From assembly GCA_963823665.1 (NCBI GenBank), contig CAWGMQ010000003.1, positions 992,001-1,056,000 of the forward strand: DNA of 64,000 bases, written 5' to 3'. Below the pieces are notes generated by a model. That model had not been told where the DNA came from. It ran no database searches and saw only the letters and a list, made by a program, of their open reading frames with translations. The stretch comes from an uncultured Planctomycetota bacterium. Lineage in GTDB: Bacteria > Planctomycetota > Planctomycetia > Isosphaerales > Isosphaeraceae. The translations under genes were made by a program, and so were the position numbers. This document shows positions 43,634 to 55,649 of the stretch, piece by piece (the stretch's first letter is position 1; the number at the start of each line of letters is the position of its first letter).

Positions 43634-44205
43634 TTCGGCAAAACCGGAGCGCCGGCACGAGGGCGCCGCGCCGCGGCATCACGATGATCGAGACTCTGAT
43701 CCTGGTCACGTGTGTGGCCATCATGCTCGGGCTCGTGGCGGTCACGATTCAAGTGATGCTGCGGCTGGTTGCGGACAGCCAGTCCCGGCTCAGCTCTTCG
43801 CTCATGCTCGAGCGGCTGGCGCGCCAGCTTCGCTCCGATGTGCATCGGAGCCAGACCGCCGTCGTGGAAGGCGCCGCGGGGAAGGCAGCGGCCCCGCACG
43901 CTGCTGTGAAACTGGAGCCGGAGCCCGGCCGGTTGGTGACTTACCACATGCGTGGCAACTCCCTCGATCGTGACGAGACGGCGGCAGGAAAACGGGTCAG
44001 GCACGAATCGTTCGTGTTGCCGCGCGGGCATCACGCGCGGTTCGAGCCCGGCGTCCTCGCCGGGCGGACGACCGTCTCGCTCTGGATCGAGCCCGGCCCG
44101 GAATCAAGCCCTGTCGGGGCAGTTCGAGCGCTCGAGGTGCTGGCCGTGGTGGGCAAGCATCGGGGCGTGGCGCTCGCACAAAAATCGGAGGAGCCCAAGC
44201 CATGA
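43630..44205 (+). CDS. Minor (pseudo)pilin-like protein (GspJ/PilW-like position)
   Basis: RRG|ITMIE; ATGA overlap with the previous gene. Confidence 0.8.
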   Translation: MIRQNRSAGTRAPRRGITMIETLILVTCVAIMLGLVAVTIQVMLRLVADSQSRLSSSLMLERLARQLRSDVHRSQTAVVEGAAGKAAAPHAAVKLEPEPGRLVTYHMRGNSLDRDETAAGKRVRHESFVLPRGHHARFEPGVLAGRTTVSLWIEPGPESSPVGAVRALEVLAVVGKHRGVALAQKSEEPKP

Positions 44206-44669
44206 TCAAGCGTAAAGGGAGCAAGCCGCGGCGGGGGCTGATGGTGGTCGCCGTCTTGGTCTGCCTGGTCGTGATGATGCTGCTTGGAGCCGCGCTCCTC
44301 AAAGTGGCACTACTGGAGCGCGAAAGCAATCGCGAGGCGGAACGGAGGCTCCAAGCCGAGTGGCTCGTGGAGTCGGGCCTCGAGCGAGCGCGTGCAAGAC
44401 TGGCGGCCGATGCGAGCTACTCCGGTGAGACCTGGACGCAGAGCGCGGCCGATCTGGGCCTCGCGGAGCCGGCTCCGGCGAGCGCCCTTGAGCGAAACGG
44501 CGATCGTGCCGTGGGTGTCGTCACGATCTCCATCGATCGCTCGGGCGGAGAAGGCCGCCGCCTCGTCCGCGTTCAAGCCGATTATCTCTGCGGCGGGACG
44601 CACCCGTCGCGGCATTCCGAAGAACAACTCATCGATCTCGAAGCACAAAAGACTGGAGCGAAGCCATGA
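44202..44669 (+). CDS. Minor (pseudo)pilin-like protein (GspK/PilX-like, no Glu5)
   Basis: RRG|LMVVAVL and QAEWLVESGLERA. Confidence 0.75.
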   Translation: MIKRKGSKPRRGLMVVAVLVCLVVMMLLGAALLKVALLERESNREAERRLQAEWLVESGLERARARLAADASYSGETWTQSAADLGLAEPAPASALERNGDRAVGVVTISIDRSGGEGRRLVRVQADYLCGGTHPSRHSEEQLIDLEAQKTGAKP

Positions 44670-45643
44670 CTTCGGATGTTCGTTCTCGATCTCTTAGATT
44701 CCATGATCGTTGCCGAGCCCGGCGGCGCGGAGCAGTCGCGGGGGGATTCACGCTGATCGAGCTGCTGGTCGTGATCGCGATCATCTCGGTATTGATCGCG
44801 CTTCTGCTGCCGGCGGTGCAGGCGGCGCGTGAAGCGGCCCGGCGGGCCCAGTGCTGCAACAACCTCATGCAGCTCGGAATGACGCTCCAAAACTACGAGG
44901 CGGCGTACGAGCGGCTGCCGCCGGGCGTGGTGAGCGACAGCGACCCGGTGCTCGATCAAGCCAAGGGCTACCACTTCGGCTGGCTGACCCAGATTCTGCC
45001 CTTCTGCGAGCAGCGCAATATCTACAATCACCTGAATTTCAAGGCCGGCGTCTACGACGCTCCGAACTCGACGTGCCGGACGATCCTGGTCGATGGTTTT
45101 CTCTGTCCTTCAGACCTGGGCAACATGCGCCGCGGCCCGACAGGACTGGCCATGACGAGCTACGCCGGATGCCACAACGATGTCGAAGCCCCGATCTCGG
45201 CCAAGAACAATGGCGTACTGTACTTGAACAGCTCGATACGACTCGATGACGTGACCGACGGGTCGTCCCAGACGATCTTCATCTCCGAGAAGCTCAACGA
45301 TGGTCTCGACCAAGGGTGGCTCTCGGGCACCCGCGCCAGCTTGCGAAACATGGGCTCGAATGGCTGGTCGCGTCGGGCCGGCCAGGTCACTTTCACGATC
45401 TTCAGCGATGACGACGGCGCCGGCGCGGCGGGAAGCAGCGTGGAGAAAGTCTTCGGGGTCGGCGACGGCGAAAAGGCCGATGCGTTGTTCGTCGGTGGGT
45501 TCGGCAGCCGCCATCCCGGCGGCCAGAATGTCGCGTTCGGCGACGGGTCGGTGCGGTTCCTCAAATCCTCGAACAGCATCCGCGTTCGATGGCAGCTAGC
45601 GAATCGGGCGGACGGCGAACTCTTGAGCTCGGACCAATACTAA
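44666..45643 (+). CDS. DUF1559 prepilin-type protein
   Basis: [14 protein letters not shown]...AREAARRAQC and HPGGQNVAFGDGSV (H-X9-DG). Confidence 0.92.
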   Translation: MTSDVRSRSLRFHDRCRARRRGAVAGGFTLIELLVVIAIISVLIALLLPAVQAAREAARRAQCCNNLMQLGMTLQNYEAAYERLPPGVVSDSDPVLDQAKGYHFGWLTQILPFCEQRNIYNHLNFKAGVYDAPNSTCRTILVDGFLCPSDLGNMRRGPTGLAMTSYAGCHNDVEAPISAKNNGVLYLNSSIRLDDVTDGSSQTIFISEKLNDGLDQGWLSGTRASLRNMGSNGWSRRAGQVTFTIFSDDDGAGAAGSSVEKVFGVGDGEKADALFVGGFGSRHPGGQNVAFGDGSVRFLKSSNSIRVRWQLANRADGELLSSDQY

Positions 45644-45659
45644 CCAAGCCGGAGAGACG

Positions 45660-46550
45660 ATGAACCGCAGCAAGCGCGGATTCACGATGCTGGAGCTGAT
45701 GATCGTGATGGCGATCATCGCGATCCTGATCGCCCTGCTCCTGCCGGCCATTCAATCCGCGCGCGAGACGGCCCGGCGCACCCAGTGCTCGGGCAACATG
45801 GCCCAACTGGGAGTCGCCTTCGCCAATTACGTGGCAACCCACTCGGTGCTACCGCCTGGCGTCGTGAACGACACCGGGCCGATTCAAAACTTGCCCAGAG
45901 GCTACCACCATAGCTGGGTGGTGCAAATCCTGCCGTTTATTGGACAGGCGAATACATATAGTCATTTTAATTTCACGTCGAGCGTCTACGCCGTGGCCAA
46001 CGACACGGTGGCCGGGATCAAGATCTCGACGCTGCTTTGCCCGAGCTCACCGTTGAACGGCCATACCAACTATGCGGGCTGCCACAACGACGTCGATGCG
46101 GCGATTGACTCGAATAACCACGGAGTGCTCTACCTGAACAGCCGCGTCCGCTACGACGAGATCGTGGATGGGACGAATCAAACGATCCTGCTCGGCGAGA
46201 TCGCGGACGCGCCGACGCTGGGATGGGTGTCGGGAACCCGCTCGACGTTGCGCAACACCGGCGTGCCGATGAACGACCGGGACGCGCTCAAAGGGCAGAA
46301 GAACCTACCAGGCACATTTTCGGGCCCAAATCCGCGCGACGTTATCTTTGAGACGATTGGCTCGCTTGTGGAAGCGGAGTTGTGGCCGGTCGAGCGGACC
46401 GGCGGTTTCTCGAGCTTTCACGGCACGACGTGCAACTTCCTGTTCTGCGACGGCTCCGTTCGATCGCTCAAGCAGTCGATCGATGCGCGTGTGTACCGGC
46501 TACTGGGAAACCGCGCCGATGGCGAGCCGATCAGCGCCGATTCCTATTGA
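45660..46550 (+). CDS. DUF1559 prepilin-type protein
   Basis: GFTMLELMIV and FHGTTCNFLFCDGSV. Confidence 0.92.
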   Translation: MNRSKRGFTMLELMIVMAIIAILIALLLPAIQSARETARRTQCSGNMAQLGVAFANYVATHSVLPPGVVNDTGPIQNLPRGYHHSWVVQILPFIGQANTYSHFNFTSSVYAVANDTVAGIKISTLLCPSSPLNGHTNYAGCHNDVDAAIDSNNHGVLYLNSRVRYDEIVDGTNQTILLGEIADAPTLGWVSGTRSTLRNTGVPMNDRDALKGQKNLPGTFSGPNPRDVIFETIGSLVEAELWPVERTGGFSSFHGTTCNFLFCDGSVRSLKQSIDARVYRLLGNRADGEPISADSY

Positions 46551-46612
46551 ACGCGACTTGCACTGGCACGTCGCGCTCCGCTTGCAATAACACAAGAGGA
46601 GGCGGGTAGCGC

Positions 46613-47524
46613 TTGGCAGCGAAACGGCGGTCTGGTTTCACGCTGGTCGAGCTGATGATGGTCGTGATGATCATCGCGGCGCTCCTTTACTTGCTTCTGC
46701 CGGCGATCCAGGCCGCGAAGGAAAGGGCCCGGCGAGCACAGTGTGCGAGCAATTTGATGCAACTCGGCACGGCGATGAGCTGCTACGCTTCAACCCACTC
46801 TTGCTTGCCGCCCGGCGTGGTGAATGATTCCGGGCCGATCAAGAACTTGCCGAGCGGCTACCATCATAGCTGGGTGGTTCAGATCCTTCCGTTTATCGGA
46901 GAAAGCAACACTTACAATCATTTTGACCATATGAAGAGCGTGTACGACGCTGCCAATGACACGGTAGCCGGGATGAGGATCAGTGTTTTGATTTGCCCGT
47001 CGGAAAACCGGCGGTGGGGCGCGTATCACAGCTACGCTGGATGCCACCACGACGTCGACGAGCCGATCAACTCAGACAACCGCGGCCTGCTCTACTTGAA
47101 CAGCCATGTCCGGTATGACGAGATCACCGACGGCCCGTCTTATACATTTCTGATCGGCGAATTCTTGAATCGAAGCGCGACGCTCGGTTGGGTCTCCGGA
47201 ACGCGGTCCACGTTGCGCAATACGGGACTGCCGTTAAACGAACGCGACTCGGAGCTCGCGTTCAGGCGTTTGCCGTACACCGCCGCCCCCGCCGCCGAGC
47301 GTCGTCCACGTGAAGAGATGTTCGAAGAAACTAAAGCGGCTGCCGACGACGGCTCATGGCCGATCGAGCTGACCGGCGCTTTTTCGAGCAATCACGCCCA
47401 GGCATGCAACTTTCTGTTCGGCGACGGCTCGGTCCGTGCGGTGCACAACTCGGTCGACACGAGTGTTTACCTGCGACTGGGAAACCGCGCCGATGGCGAG
47501 CCGATCAGCAGCGATTCTTATTGA
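46613..47524 (+). CDS. DUF1559 prepilin-type protein
   Basis: TTG start with RBS GAGGAGG; GFTLVELMMV and NHAQACNFLFGDGSV. Confidence 0.9.
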   Translation: MAAKRRSGFTLVELMMVVMIIAALLYLLLPAIQAAKERARRAQCASNLMQLGTAMSCYASTHSCLPPGVVNDSGPIKNLPSGYHHSWVVQILPFIGESNTYNHFDHMKSVYDAANDTVAGMRISVLICPSENRRWGAYHSYAGCHHDVDEPINSDNRGLLYLNSHVRYDEITDGPSYTFLIGEFLNRSATLGWVSGTRSTLRNTGLPLNERDSELAFRRLPYTAAPAAERRPREEMFEETKAAADDGSWPIELTGAFSSNHAQACNFLFGDGSVRAVHNSVDTSVYLRLGNRADGEPISSDSY

Positions 47525-49131
47525 ACGCCACGAACCGGGTTGGCGACATCGCGCAGGTACCGCCACTGGTCCGGCACCTCGATGAGCGAGGGGCCGTCGC
47601 GATCGAGTGCTTCGCGCACGGCTTCATCGAGCTCTCCGGGAGTTGTGGCGCGGCGGCCGGCGACGCCGTAGGCATGCGCAAGCGCAACGAAATCGGGATT
47701 GTTGAGCTCGACGTCGAGGTAGCGCTTCTCGTGATTGCGGTCCTGGATGTTCTTGATCGCACCATATGTTGAATCGTTGTGCACGAGCGCGATGACGCGG
47801 AGGCGGTACCTGGCCGCGGTGGCGAGCTCCTGAGCCGTCATCAGAAAGCCGCCGTCGCCGCTGACGACCGCAACGGGCCCGCCGCCGCGGGCGACAGCCG
47901 CGCCCACGGCTGCCGGGAATGCCCAGCCGAGCGTGATAAAGTTTGACGGGTAGAAGAACAGGCGCGGCCCGTGCGAGATCCAGTCGGCGTGCATGCGATA
48001 GCCAATTTCGCAGGCGTCTGTGAAGACCGGTACGTCACCCGGCAACGCAGCCCGCAGCGTTTCGATCAGCCACTCGGGCCGTGCCGGGCGCGCGGATCGG
48101 GCATCCTCCCAGATCGAGCCCCAGCCGTCGCGTGGCGGCGACTCCGGCAACGCCGCGGAGATTGCCTCAACCGCCGATCGGGCATCGGCGACGATTCCCA
48201 GTCGAACGGGGAAGTTCATACCGATCTGGCTTGAGTCGAGGTCGATCTGGATCAAGTTGGCGGGCACGGTCATGCGCCGCCAGTCGGTCATCACTTCGGT
48301 GAAACGGCAGCCGACGGCGAGCATCACGTCGGCATGCGGGAGAGCGGCCTTCGCGCGGGCAGACCGCGCATGGCCGAGCGAGAAGGGATGGCGTTCATCG
48401 AGCAGACCTTTGCCGTTCAAGGTGGTGAGTACGGGAGCGCCCAGGCGGCGAGCCAGACCTGCGATGGCTTCGGCCGCGCCAGACCAGAGAGCGCCGCCGC
48501 CGGCCAGGATGATCGGGCGTGCCGCGCTCGAGAGCAGCTCGGCGGCTTGCGCGATTGCCGCTTCCGGCGCACGTGCGGGTTCGGACGATTGGAAGTCGAT
48601 CGGATGGACCGACTCGGAGCAGGCGGCGCGCATCAGGTCTTGCGGAAGGAACACCGCGGCCGGTCGCGCACGGCCGGTGGTCATGGCCTGGAATGCACTG
48701 GCGAGGAAGGACGGGATCTGCTCGACTGCTCGTACGGTTCCGCACCACTTGGTGGCGGGCTGGAAGATTCGCTCGAGGTCGATCTCGTGGTAATTGCCGC
48801 ACTCGCGATCGAGCGTCGCGGCGTTGACCTGGCCCGAGACCAGGAGGATCGGCACGGAATCGGCCCAGCATTCGGCCACGCCGGAGAGTGCATTGGTCGC
48901 TCCCGGGCCGGCGGTCGTGCAGACGATGCCGGGAAGGCCGGTGACCCGCGCGTATCCGTCGGCGGCGAAGGCGCCGGCCTGCTCATTGCGAATCAAGACG
49001 GTTTCGATCAGGCCAGGGCGTCGCGCAATCGCGTCGTAGATCATGGTCGAGTGCGAGCCGGGCATTCCGAAAAGATGCCGGACACCGAAGTGACGCAAAC
49101 ACTCGACCAGAACGTCGGCGCCGTTTCTCAT
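47518..49131 (-). CDS. ThDP-dependent enzyme, acetolactate synthase large subunit-like
   Basis: FGMPG, RNEQAGAFAADGYAR, GPGATN and the GDGGF...HNDS ThDP motif. Confidence 0.9.
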   Translation of the reverse strand: MRNGADVLVECLRHFGVRHLFGMPGSHSTMIYDAIARRPGLIETVLIRNEQAGAFAADGYARVTGLPGIVCTTAGPGATNALSGVAECWADSVPILLVSGQVNAATLDRECGNYHEIDLERIFQPATKWCGTVRAVEQIPSFLASAFQAMTTGRARPAAVFLPQDLMRAACSESVHPIDFQSSEPARAPEAAIAQAAELLSSAARPIILAGGGALWSGAAEAIAGLARRLGAPVLTTLNGKGLLDERHPFSLGHARSARAKAALPHADVMLAVGCRFTEVMTDWRRMTVPANLIQIDLDSSQIGMNFPVRLGIVADARSAVEAISAALPESPPRDGWGSIWEDARSARPARPEWLIETLRAALPGDVPVFTDACEIGYRMHADWISHGPRLFFYPSNFITLGWAFPAAVGAAVARGGGPVAVVSGDGGFLMTAQELATAARYRLRVIALVHNDSTYGAIKNIQDRNHEKRYLDVELNNPDFVALAHAYGVAGRRATTPGELDEAVREALDRDGPSLIEVPDQWRYLRDVANPVRGVQ

Positions 49132-49342
49132 CACGAAGACCCTCGACTGACCAACCGCGGCTAGAGCACTCGATGACGCACCCAAGATAATTCCGGCGAA
49201 ATCAAGTCGCGTCAATCGCGCGCGAATTCCTTCAACACGGCGTTCTTAGCGTCTGGAATTGTAACAGGTTGTGGTCGATATGCTCGACGACTTGCCGTGA
49301 GAAGGGACTACCTTCTCCTGATTTGGCGCCAGATCGTGTACG

Positions 49343-49816
49343 ATGTCAGCGATCGTGATGACGAGGGAAGTCGATTGCAGTGGGACGGCTGCGGCGCGGA
49401 GCGCCCGTGAGCCGGCCCAGGAAGGTATGAGGATTCGGAAGATGGAGTCCAAGAAACCACCCAAGCGCCGCACCGTTCGGAGCGTCGCCGCCACCGCAAA
49501 CCGCCGGGAGCCTGTCGCCGATGGCCCGGTGATCCTCGACTTTGTGAAATGCCGGATCGAGGCATTCAACCGAGAGCAAGGAGGCGGCGTGTCCGTGAAC
49601 AGGGACGACACCGGTTACATCCTGTCAGGCGAGGACACCGGCGTTCCGATCGCCAAGCTGCGCAGCAAGGGAAAACGCGGGGAGTTTCAAGTGCTCTACT
49701 GGAGCCGCGAGACCGGGCGCTGGCGGATGGTGAGCCTCTTCGGCGGATCGGTCTTCTCTCTCGACGAAGCACTAGACTTCATTTCGAACGACCCGATGGA
49801 GTGCTTCTGGAGTTAG
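49343..49816 (+). CDS. Hypothetical protein, DUF3024-like C-terminus (start uncertain, perhaps 49442)
   Basis: PIAKLR...LYWSRETGRW...LDEALDFISNDPMECFW. Confidence 0.6.
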   Translation: MSAIVMTREVDCSGTAAARSAREPAQEGMRIRKMESKKPPKRRTVRSVAATANRREPVADGPVILDFVKCRIEAFNREQGGGVSVNRDDTGYILSGEDTGVPIAKLRSKGKRGEFQVLYWSRETGRWRMVSLFGGSVFSLDEALDFISNDPMECFWS

Positions 49817-51378
49817 GGCAGGTACGATGCCGCCAGCTTCTTGAACTCGGCCGTTTGCTCGCTTTGCCATGCGGCGGAGCGGCCCAGCTCTTCTCCAAGC
49901 AGCGCGGCGACCGTGGCCGCGGCTTCGCCGCTGGCTCGAGCGTCGAGGAAAAGCGCGCGGGTGCGGCGAGCAAGCACGTCGTGGACGCAACGCGCGGCTT
50001 CGTGACGCGCGGCCCACACGGCTTCGCCTGCCAGGTACGGCAACGATGGATGGAGCGGCTGGGCCCACTCCGGCCGCTCGTTGCAAAGGCCGGCCAGCGC
50101 CGGCGCATCGGAACCATAGACCGCGAGCGGGTCGGCGCCGTTGTGTTCGAGCAGCCGCCATCCGTGAAGCTGGAGCGTGTCCGTGGCCGAGGGCACGTGC
50201 GGGAGGCCGCCCGCCCTGATCGCGCAATCGACGGCGTCAACAGCCATCCGCCGGTACGTCGTCCATTTTCCGCCGGTGATGGTCACCAGCCCCGAGTCCG
50301 ACAACATCACCGCGTGCTCACGCGAGAGTCTGGCCGTTTGCTCGCCGGCCTTGCCGCGCAACAGCGGACGCAGGCCGGCGAACGTGGAGAGAACGTCACC
50401 GCGGACGGGCGCGCGGTTGAAGTATCGCGCGAGATAGCCCAGCAGATAAGTGATCTCGTCGCCGAGCGGTCGAGGCTCGAGCGTGACGTCCGCGACCGGC
50501 GTGTCGGTTGTGCCTACCAGCACGCGGCCGTGCCAGGGAATCGCGAAGATCACGCGGCCGTCGTCGGTGCGCGGAACGAGCAGCGCCGTATCACCGGGAA
50601 AGAACGATGCGTCAAGCACCAGGTGCGTGCCCTGGCTGGGGCTCACGATCGGCTGGGCCGCAACGTCATCCAGACGTCTGACCGCGTCGACTCGGGCGCC
50701 CGCCGCATTGATCACCGAGCGAGCATCGACCCGAAACTCCTCTCCGGTCTCGGCATCGTGCGCCACGACCTCGGCGATCCGCCCGCCCCGTTTGTTGAAA
50801 CCGACGACATTCGCGTAATTGAGCGCAGTGCCGCCCAGGGCCGCCAGTGTCCGCGCCAGGGAAATCGCCAGCCGGGCGTCGTCGAACTGTCCGTCGGTAT
50901 AAACAATTCCCCCGCGCAGGCCCTCAGAGCGAACCGCGGGCACTCGCGCGACGACCTGCTCTCGGCCGAGCCAGCGCGAGTGGCCCAAGCTGAGCGAGCC
51001 GGACATCCAGTCGTAGACCTTGAGGCCGATTCCATAATAGGGAAGCGCGAGCCACGCATACGCCGGGACCACAAAGTCGCGGCGGTGGACCAGATGAGGC
51101 GCGTTGCGCAGCAAGACTCCGCGCTCGTGCAGGGCTTCGCGCACGAGGCCGAAGTTGCCCTGTGCGAGGTACCGAACCCCGCCGTGGATCAGCTTCGTGC
51201 TGCGGCTCGATGTCCCGTGAGCGAAGTCGAACGCTTCGAGCAGAAGCGTGCGATAGCCTCGTGAAGCCGCGTCGACCGCGGAACCTAACCCGGTGGCCCC
51301 ACCGCCAATTACGACGACGTCCCAAGCATTGCGTTCCCGCAGTCGATCGAGGTTTTCTTCGCGAGCGAGTGATGGCAT
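49813..51378 (-). CDS. glpD: FAD-dependent glycerol-3-phosphate dehydrogenase
   Basis: [24 protein letters not shown] and GGKWTTYR. Confidence 0.93.
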   Translation of the reverse strand: MPSLAREENLDRLRERNAWDVVVIGGGATGLGSAVDAASRGYRTLLLEAFDFAHGTSSRSTKLIHGGVRYLAQGNFGLVREALHERGVLLRNAPHLVHRRDFVVPAYAWLALPYYGIGLKVYDWMSGSLSLGHSRWLGREQVVARVPAVRSEGLRGGIVYTDGQFDDARLAISLARTLAALGGTALNYANVVGFNKRGGRIAEVVAHDAETGEEFRVDARSVINAAGARVDAVRRLDDVAAQPIVSPSQGTHLVLDASFFPGDTALLVPRTDDGRVIFAIPWHGRVLVGTTDTPVADVTLEPRPLGDEITYLLGYLARYFNRAPVRGDVLSTFAGLRPLLRGKAGEQTARLSREHAVMLSDSGLVTITGGKWTTYRRMAVDAVDCAIRAGGLPHVPSATDTLQLHGWRLLEHNGADPLAVYGSDAPALAGLCNERPEWAQPLHPSLPYLAGEAVWAARHEAARCVHDVLARRTRALFLDARASGEAAATVAALLGEELGRSAAWQSEQTAEFKKLAASYLP

Positions 51379-51520
51379 CGTGCTGTACTACAATAGTTCG
51401 ACAATCCCTTGGGCATTGCGAGTCTGCTCGAGCGAAGTTAGCCTTCAAAGGGGCGTGCGCATAGTCGAAATCTCGACGAAAGCGCTTTCGAATGAAGTTC
51501 AACAAGGGAGGAAATCAAGA

Positions 51521-52561
51521 ATGGAGACGATGCTGGCCCTCGTGAAGAAGGAGCCCAAGCCGGGCCTTTGGCTCGACGAGGTGCCAATGCCTCGCATCGG
51601 AATCAACGACGTCCTGATCAAGGTGCTGCGCACGGGAATCTGCGGCACCGACGTGCACATCGAGACCTGGGATGCCTGGGCAAGGAAGACCGTGCCGGTG
51701 CCTCTGGTCATCGGTCACGAATTCGTGGGTCAGATCGTCGAAGTCGGCGCGAACGTGACCGATTATCGCGTCGGCGAGATCGTCAGCGGCGAAGGGCACG
51801 TTGTCTGCGGGCGGTGCCGCAATTGCCTGGCCGGCCGGCGGCATCTTTGCAAGGACACCAAGGGAATCGGTGTGAATCGCCCGGGGGCTTTTGCTCAATA
51901 CCTGGCACTGCCGATGACGAACGTGTGGGCGCATGACCCCAGTATCCCCCGCGACGTGCAGTCGATCTTCGACCCGTTCGGCAACGCGGTGCATACGGCC
52001 CTTCAATTTGACTCGCTCGGCGAGGACGTGCTGATCACCGGCGCGGGGCCGATTGGAATCATGGCGGCGGCCGTGGTCCGGCACGCGGGCGCGCGCAACG
52101 TTGTGGTGACGGACGTCAACCCTTATCGCCTGGCGCTCGCAAAGCGGATGGGCGCCACCTTGACGGTCGACGTGCGCGAGCGATCGATCGAAAGCGCCCA
52201 GAAAGAGCTTGGAATGAAGGAAGGGTTTGACATCGGGCTCGAAATGTCGGGCAACCCCGATGCCTTCCGCGACATGCTGGCTAACATGTGTCATGGCGGC
52301 AAGATCGCCATGCTGGGCATCCCGACGCGCGAGATCGCGATCGACTGGAACACGGTCGTCTTCAACATGATCACGATCAAGGGAATCTATGGCCGCGAGA
52401 TGTATGAAACCTGGTACAAGATGACGGTCATGCTCCAATCGGGGCTCGACATCAGCCCGGTGATCACACACCGCTATGATTTCCGCGAGTTCGAGAAAGG
52501 CTTCGCTGCCATGAAGTCCGGCGAATCCGGCAAGGTCATTCTGACCTGGCACGAAGGATAA
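51521..52561 (+). CDS. tdh: L-threonine 3-dehydrogenase
   Basis: [20 protein letters not shown] and [14 protein letters not shown]; adjacent to kbl. Confidence 0.96.
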   Translation: METMLALVKKEPKPGLWLDEVPMPRIGINDVLIKVLRTGICGTDVHIETWDAWARKTVPVPLVIGHEFVGQIVEVGANVTDYRVGEIVSGEGHVVCGRCRNCLAGRRHLCKDTKGIGVNRPGAFAQYLALPMTNVWAHDPSIPRDVQSIFDPFGNAVHTALQFDSLGEDVLITGAGPIGIMAAAVVRHAGARNVVVTDVNPYRLALAKRMGATLTVDVRERSIESAQKELGMKEGFDIGLEMSGNPDAFRDMLANMCHGGKIAMLGIPTREIAIDWNTVVFNMITIKGIYGREMYETWYKMTVMLQSGLDISPVITHRYDFREFEKGFAAMKSGESGKVILTWHEG

Positions 52562-52608
52562 GCCTTTCCGCCTGACTCCCGATCAATCCAGACTAAGGGC
52601 CCAGCACC

Positions 52609-53794
<1,186 letters not shown>

Positions 53795-53866
53795 GAGGGA
53801 GGACGCGGGGAGCGGACACAAAGGGCTTGTCGATGTTGAACCCTGGTTCTCGCTGAGGACCAAGTT

Positions 53867-54790
53867 GTGCCACTCGATTCGGATTTCGTTGAAAACAAAC
53901 TCGGGCCGCCACGTCAGCCCGATTCGAAGGAGGTCTGGGCGAGCGACGAGGGGTTTCGCAGCTTCGGCTCATTTGCTGGCTCATCGATCCCGTTTGACTA
54001 CCGGTCCTATATCTTTTACGGATACACGATCCTTCCTGGTGGCATGAAGGTCGCGACGCGATTCGAGATCGATACGCGCAGCCCTACACTGTTGGTTGGT
54101 TCGGGACTCTGGCACATCGCAGGGATCTGGTATTCGCCCTTCGAGCCTGAAGCGTTGCGTTTGCTCGGAGTTTCTCCCGAGGAGACGAGGCCGTTCTCGT
54201 GGATCTCGAACGTTCCGATCGAAACGGCCGAGGAGCCGCCCTATCGGGAGGGACAAATTCTGCACAGCCGTGTGCAGCCCATGCCATACAAGCCGCCTCC
54301 GCTCAAGCCCAAGCCGGCCGTGGTGATTGTTCGACGCGGAGGGCGGAACGTCGTCCAGCAAGTAAGAACCGACGGCTGCCTGGCTCGGATCCGGAGACTC
54401 CTGAGCTCCCGGCAACTACGGTTAGCCCGGGACTCTGAAAGCGAATCATTGTGCGGCATCGACCTCGAGAACGGCGAACTTGTTCTGTGGTCTTGCGCAG
54501 CGCGCAGGCCAGAAGGACCCGGTGATGGAGTTCTCGTGCTCACGACGCACCGAGTCTTTTACCGCCCCGCCTTCGTCGCTCGCCTTCGCGCTGCCCGCTC
54601 CTTCGAGGTCCGGAACCGTGAAGTGACGGAGGTGGGTTTGAAGCCCATGCACAATACAGGTCCCTCGAGCAGCAACCGGGTCTATCTGCGGTTGGTGCTC
54701 GTCGGCGATCGGCAGGTGCTATTCGTTGTGGAGAATCCAGTGCACGCACTCGAGCGGTTCTCAAAAGGGATCACGCCCATCGGCGGCTGA
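53867..54790 (+). CDS. Hypothetical protein with possible C-terminal PH/GRAM-like domain
   Basis: GDGVLVLTTHRVFYRP pattern; start uncertain. Confidence 0.5.
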   Translation: MPLDSDFVENKLGPPRQPDSKEVWASDEGFRSFGSFAGSSIPFDYRSYIFYGYTILPGGMKVATRFEIDTRSPTLLVGSGLWHIAGIWYSPFEPEALRLLGVSPEETRPFSWISNVPIETAEEPPYREGQILHSRVQPMPYKPPPLKPKPAVVIVRRGGRNVVQQVRTDGCLARIRRLLSSRQLRLARDSESESLCGIDLENGELVLWSCAARRPEGPGDGVLVLTTHRVFYRPAFVARLRAARSFEVRNREVTEVGLKPMHNTGPSSSNRVYLRLVLVGDRQVLFVVENPVHALERFSKGITPIGG

Positions 54791-54818
54791 GTCGCGGCTG
54801 GCGATGGGCGGGAGGGTA

Positions 54819-55649
54819 ATGACCGTGCGCCGACCGCACTTTCGGTTTCGTGTTCGATCACTGATGCTCTTGGTAGCCCTGGTCGCGGTAATCGCTTGGT
54901 TCGGCATAATGGCGTGGAGAACGCGGCAGTTCTCAAGCCTCGCTCAAGAGCATCGCAAGACGTCCGAACTGTACGCGGCCGCCGAGCGAAGACTTGACAA
55001 AAAAATCGCGGACGTGGCGAAACTCGAGCGTCGAATAGCGGAACTTGAACTCGCGGAGACGGCACACGAACGCAACTTTGCGGTAACCTTGCGGAGAGGC
55101 GTCGCGGTGATGAGGGAAAATATCACAATGGACGAGCAAAACTTCTCATACGGCGCAATGCGCCGGCATTACGAATTCCTCGCCGCGAAATATCAACTCG
55201 CTGCAAGCAGACCTTGGCTCACGGTCGAGCCCGATCCGCCTCGACCCGCTCGACACAAGTCGACCCAACAAGCGACTCGCCTCAACGTCCACGCGCCAGC
55301 CCCATCAATCCGCCCGCTCGAGCCGATACCGGATCGAGAGCTTCCCTGCTCCGTGTTCAGACGCCTCGACTTGCAACAATCCCACGAGGCCTTCGGGTGT
55401 CTTGAACGCAAACGTATCAGGCTTTTCCGCCAGTCGGGCATCGACCTTGATCCACCCGATATCGGGCTGCACGTCGCGATCGCGTTCCAGAATCTCGCGA
55501 GCGTCTCGGGCGGTCAATTCGTTGAACGTCTCGGGCAGAATGCGCGCTGCGATCATGCCCGGTCCGATAAACGGCAACTTCTGCCCAATGTTCTGTTCAG
55601 TCTCACCTTCCGGTTGCGCGATCGTCGCCGTCATCGTTTCACCGAATGA
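54819..55649 (+). CDS. Planctomycete-type small membrane protein (homologous part ends near 55250)
   Basis: RFRVRSLMLLVALVA N-terminus and KYQLAASRPWLTVEPDPP C-terminal motif; the frame runs on into the convergent gene. Confidence 0.65.
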   Translation: MTVRRPHFRFRVRSLMLLVALVAVIAWFGIMAWRTRQFSSLAQEHRKTSELYAAAERRLDKKIADVAKLERRIAELELAETAHERNFAVTLRRGVAVMRENITMDEQNFSYGAMRRHYEFLAAKYQLAASRPWLTVEPDPPRPARHKSTQQATRLNVHAPAPSIRPLEPIPDRELPCSVFRRLDLQQSHEAFGCLERKRIRLFRQSGIDLDPPDIGLHVAIAFQNLASVSGGQFVERLGQNARCDHARSDKRQLLPNVLFSLTFRLRDRRRHRFTE

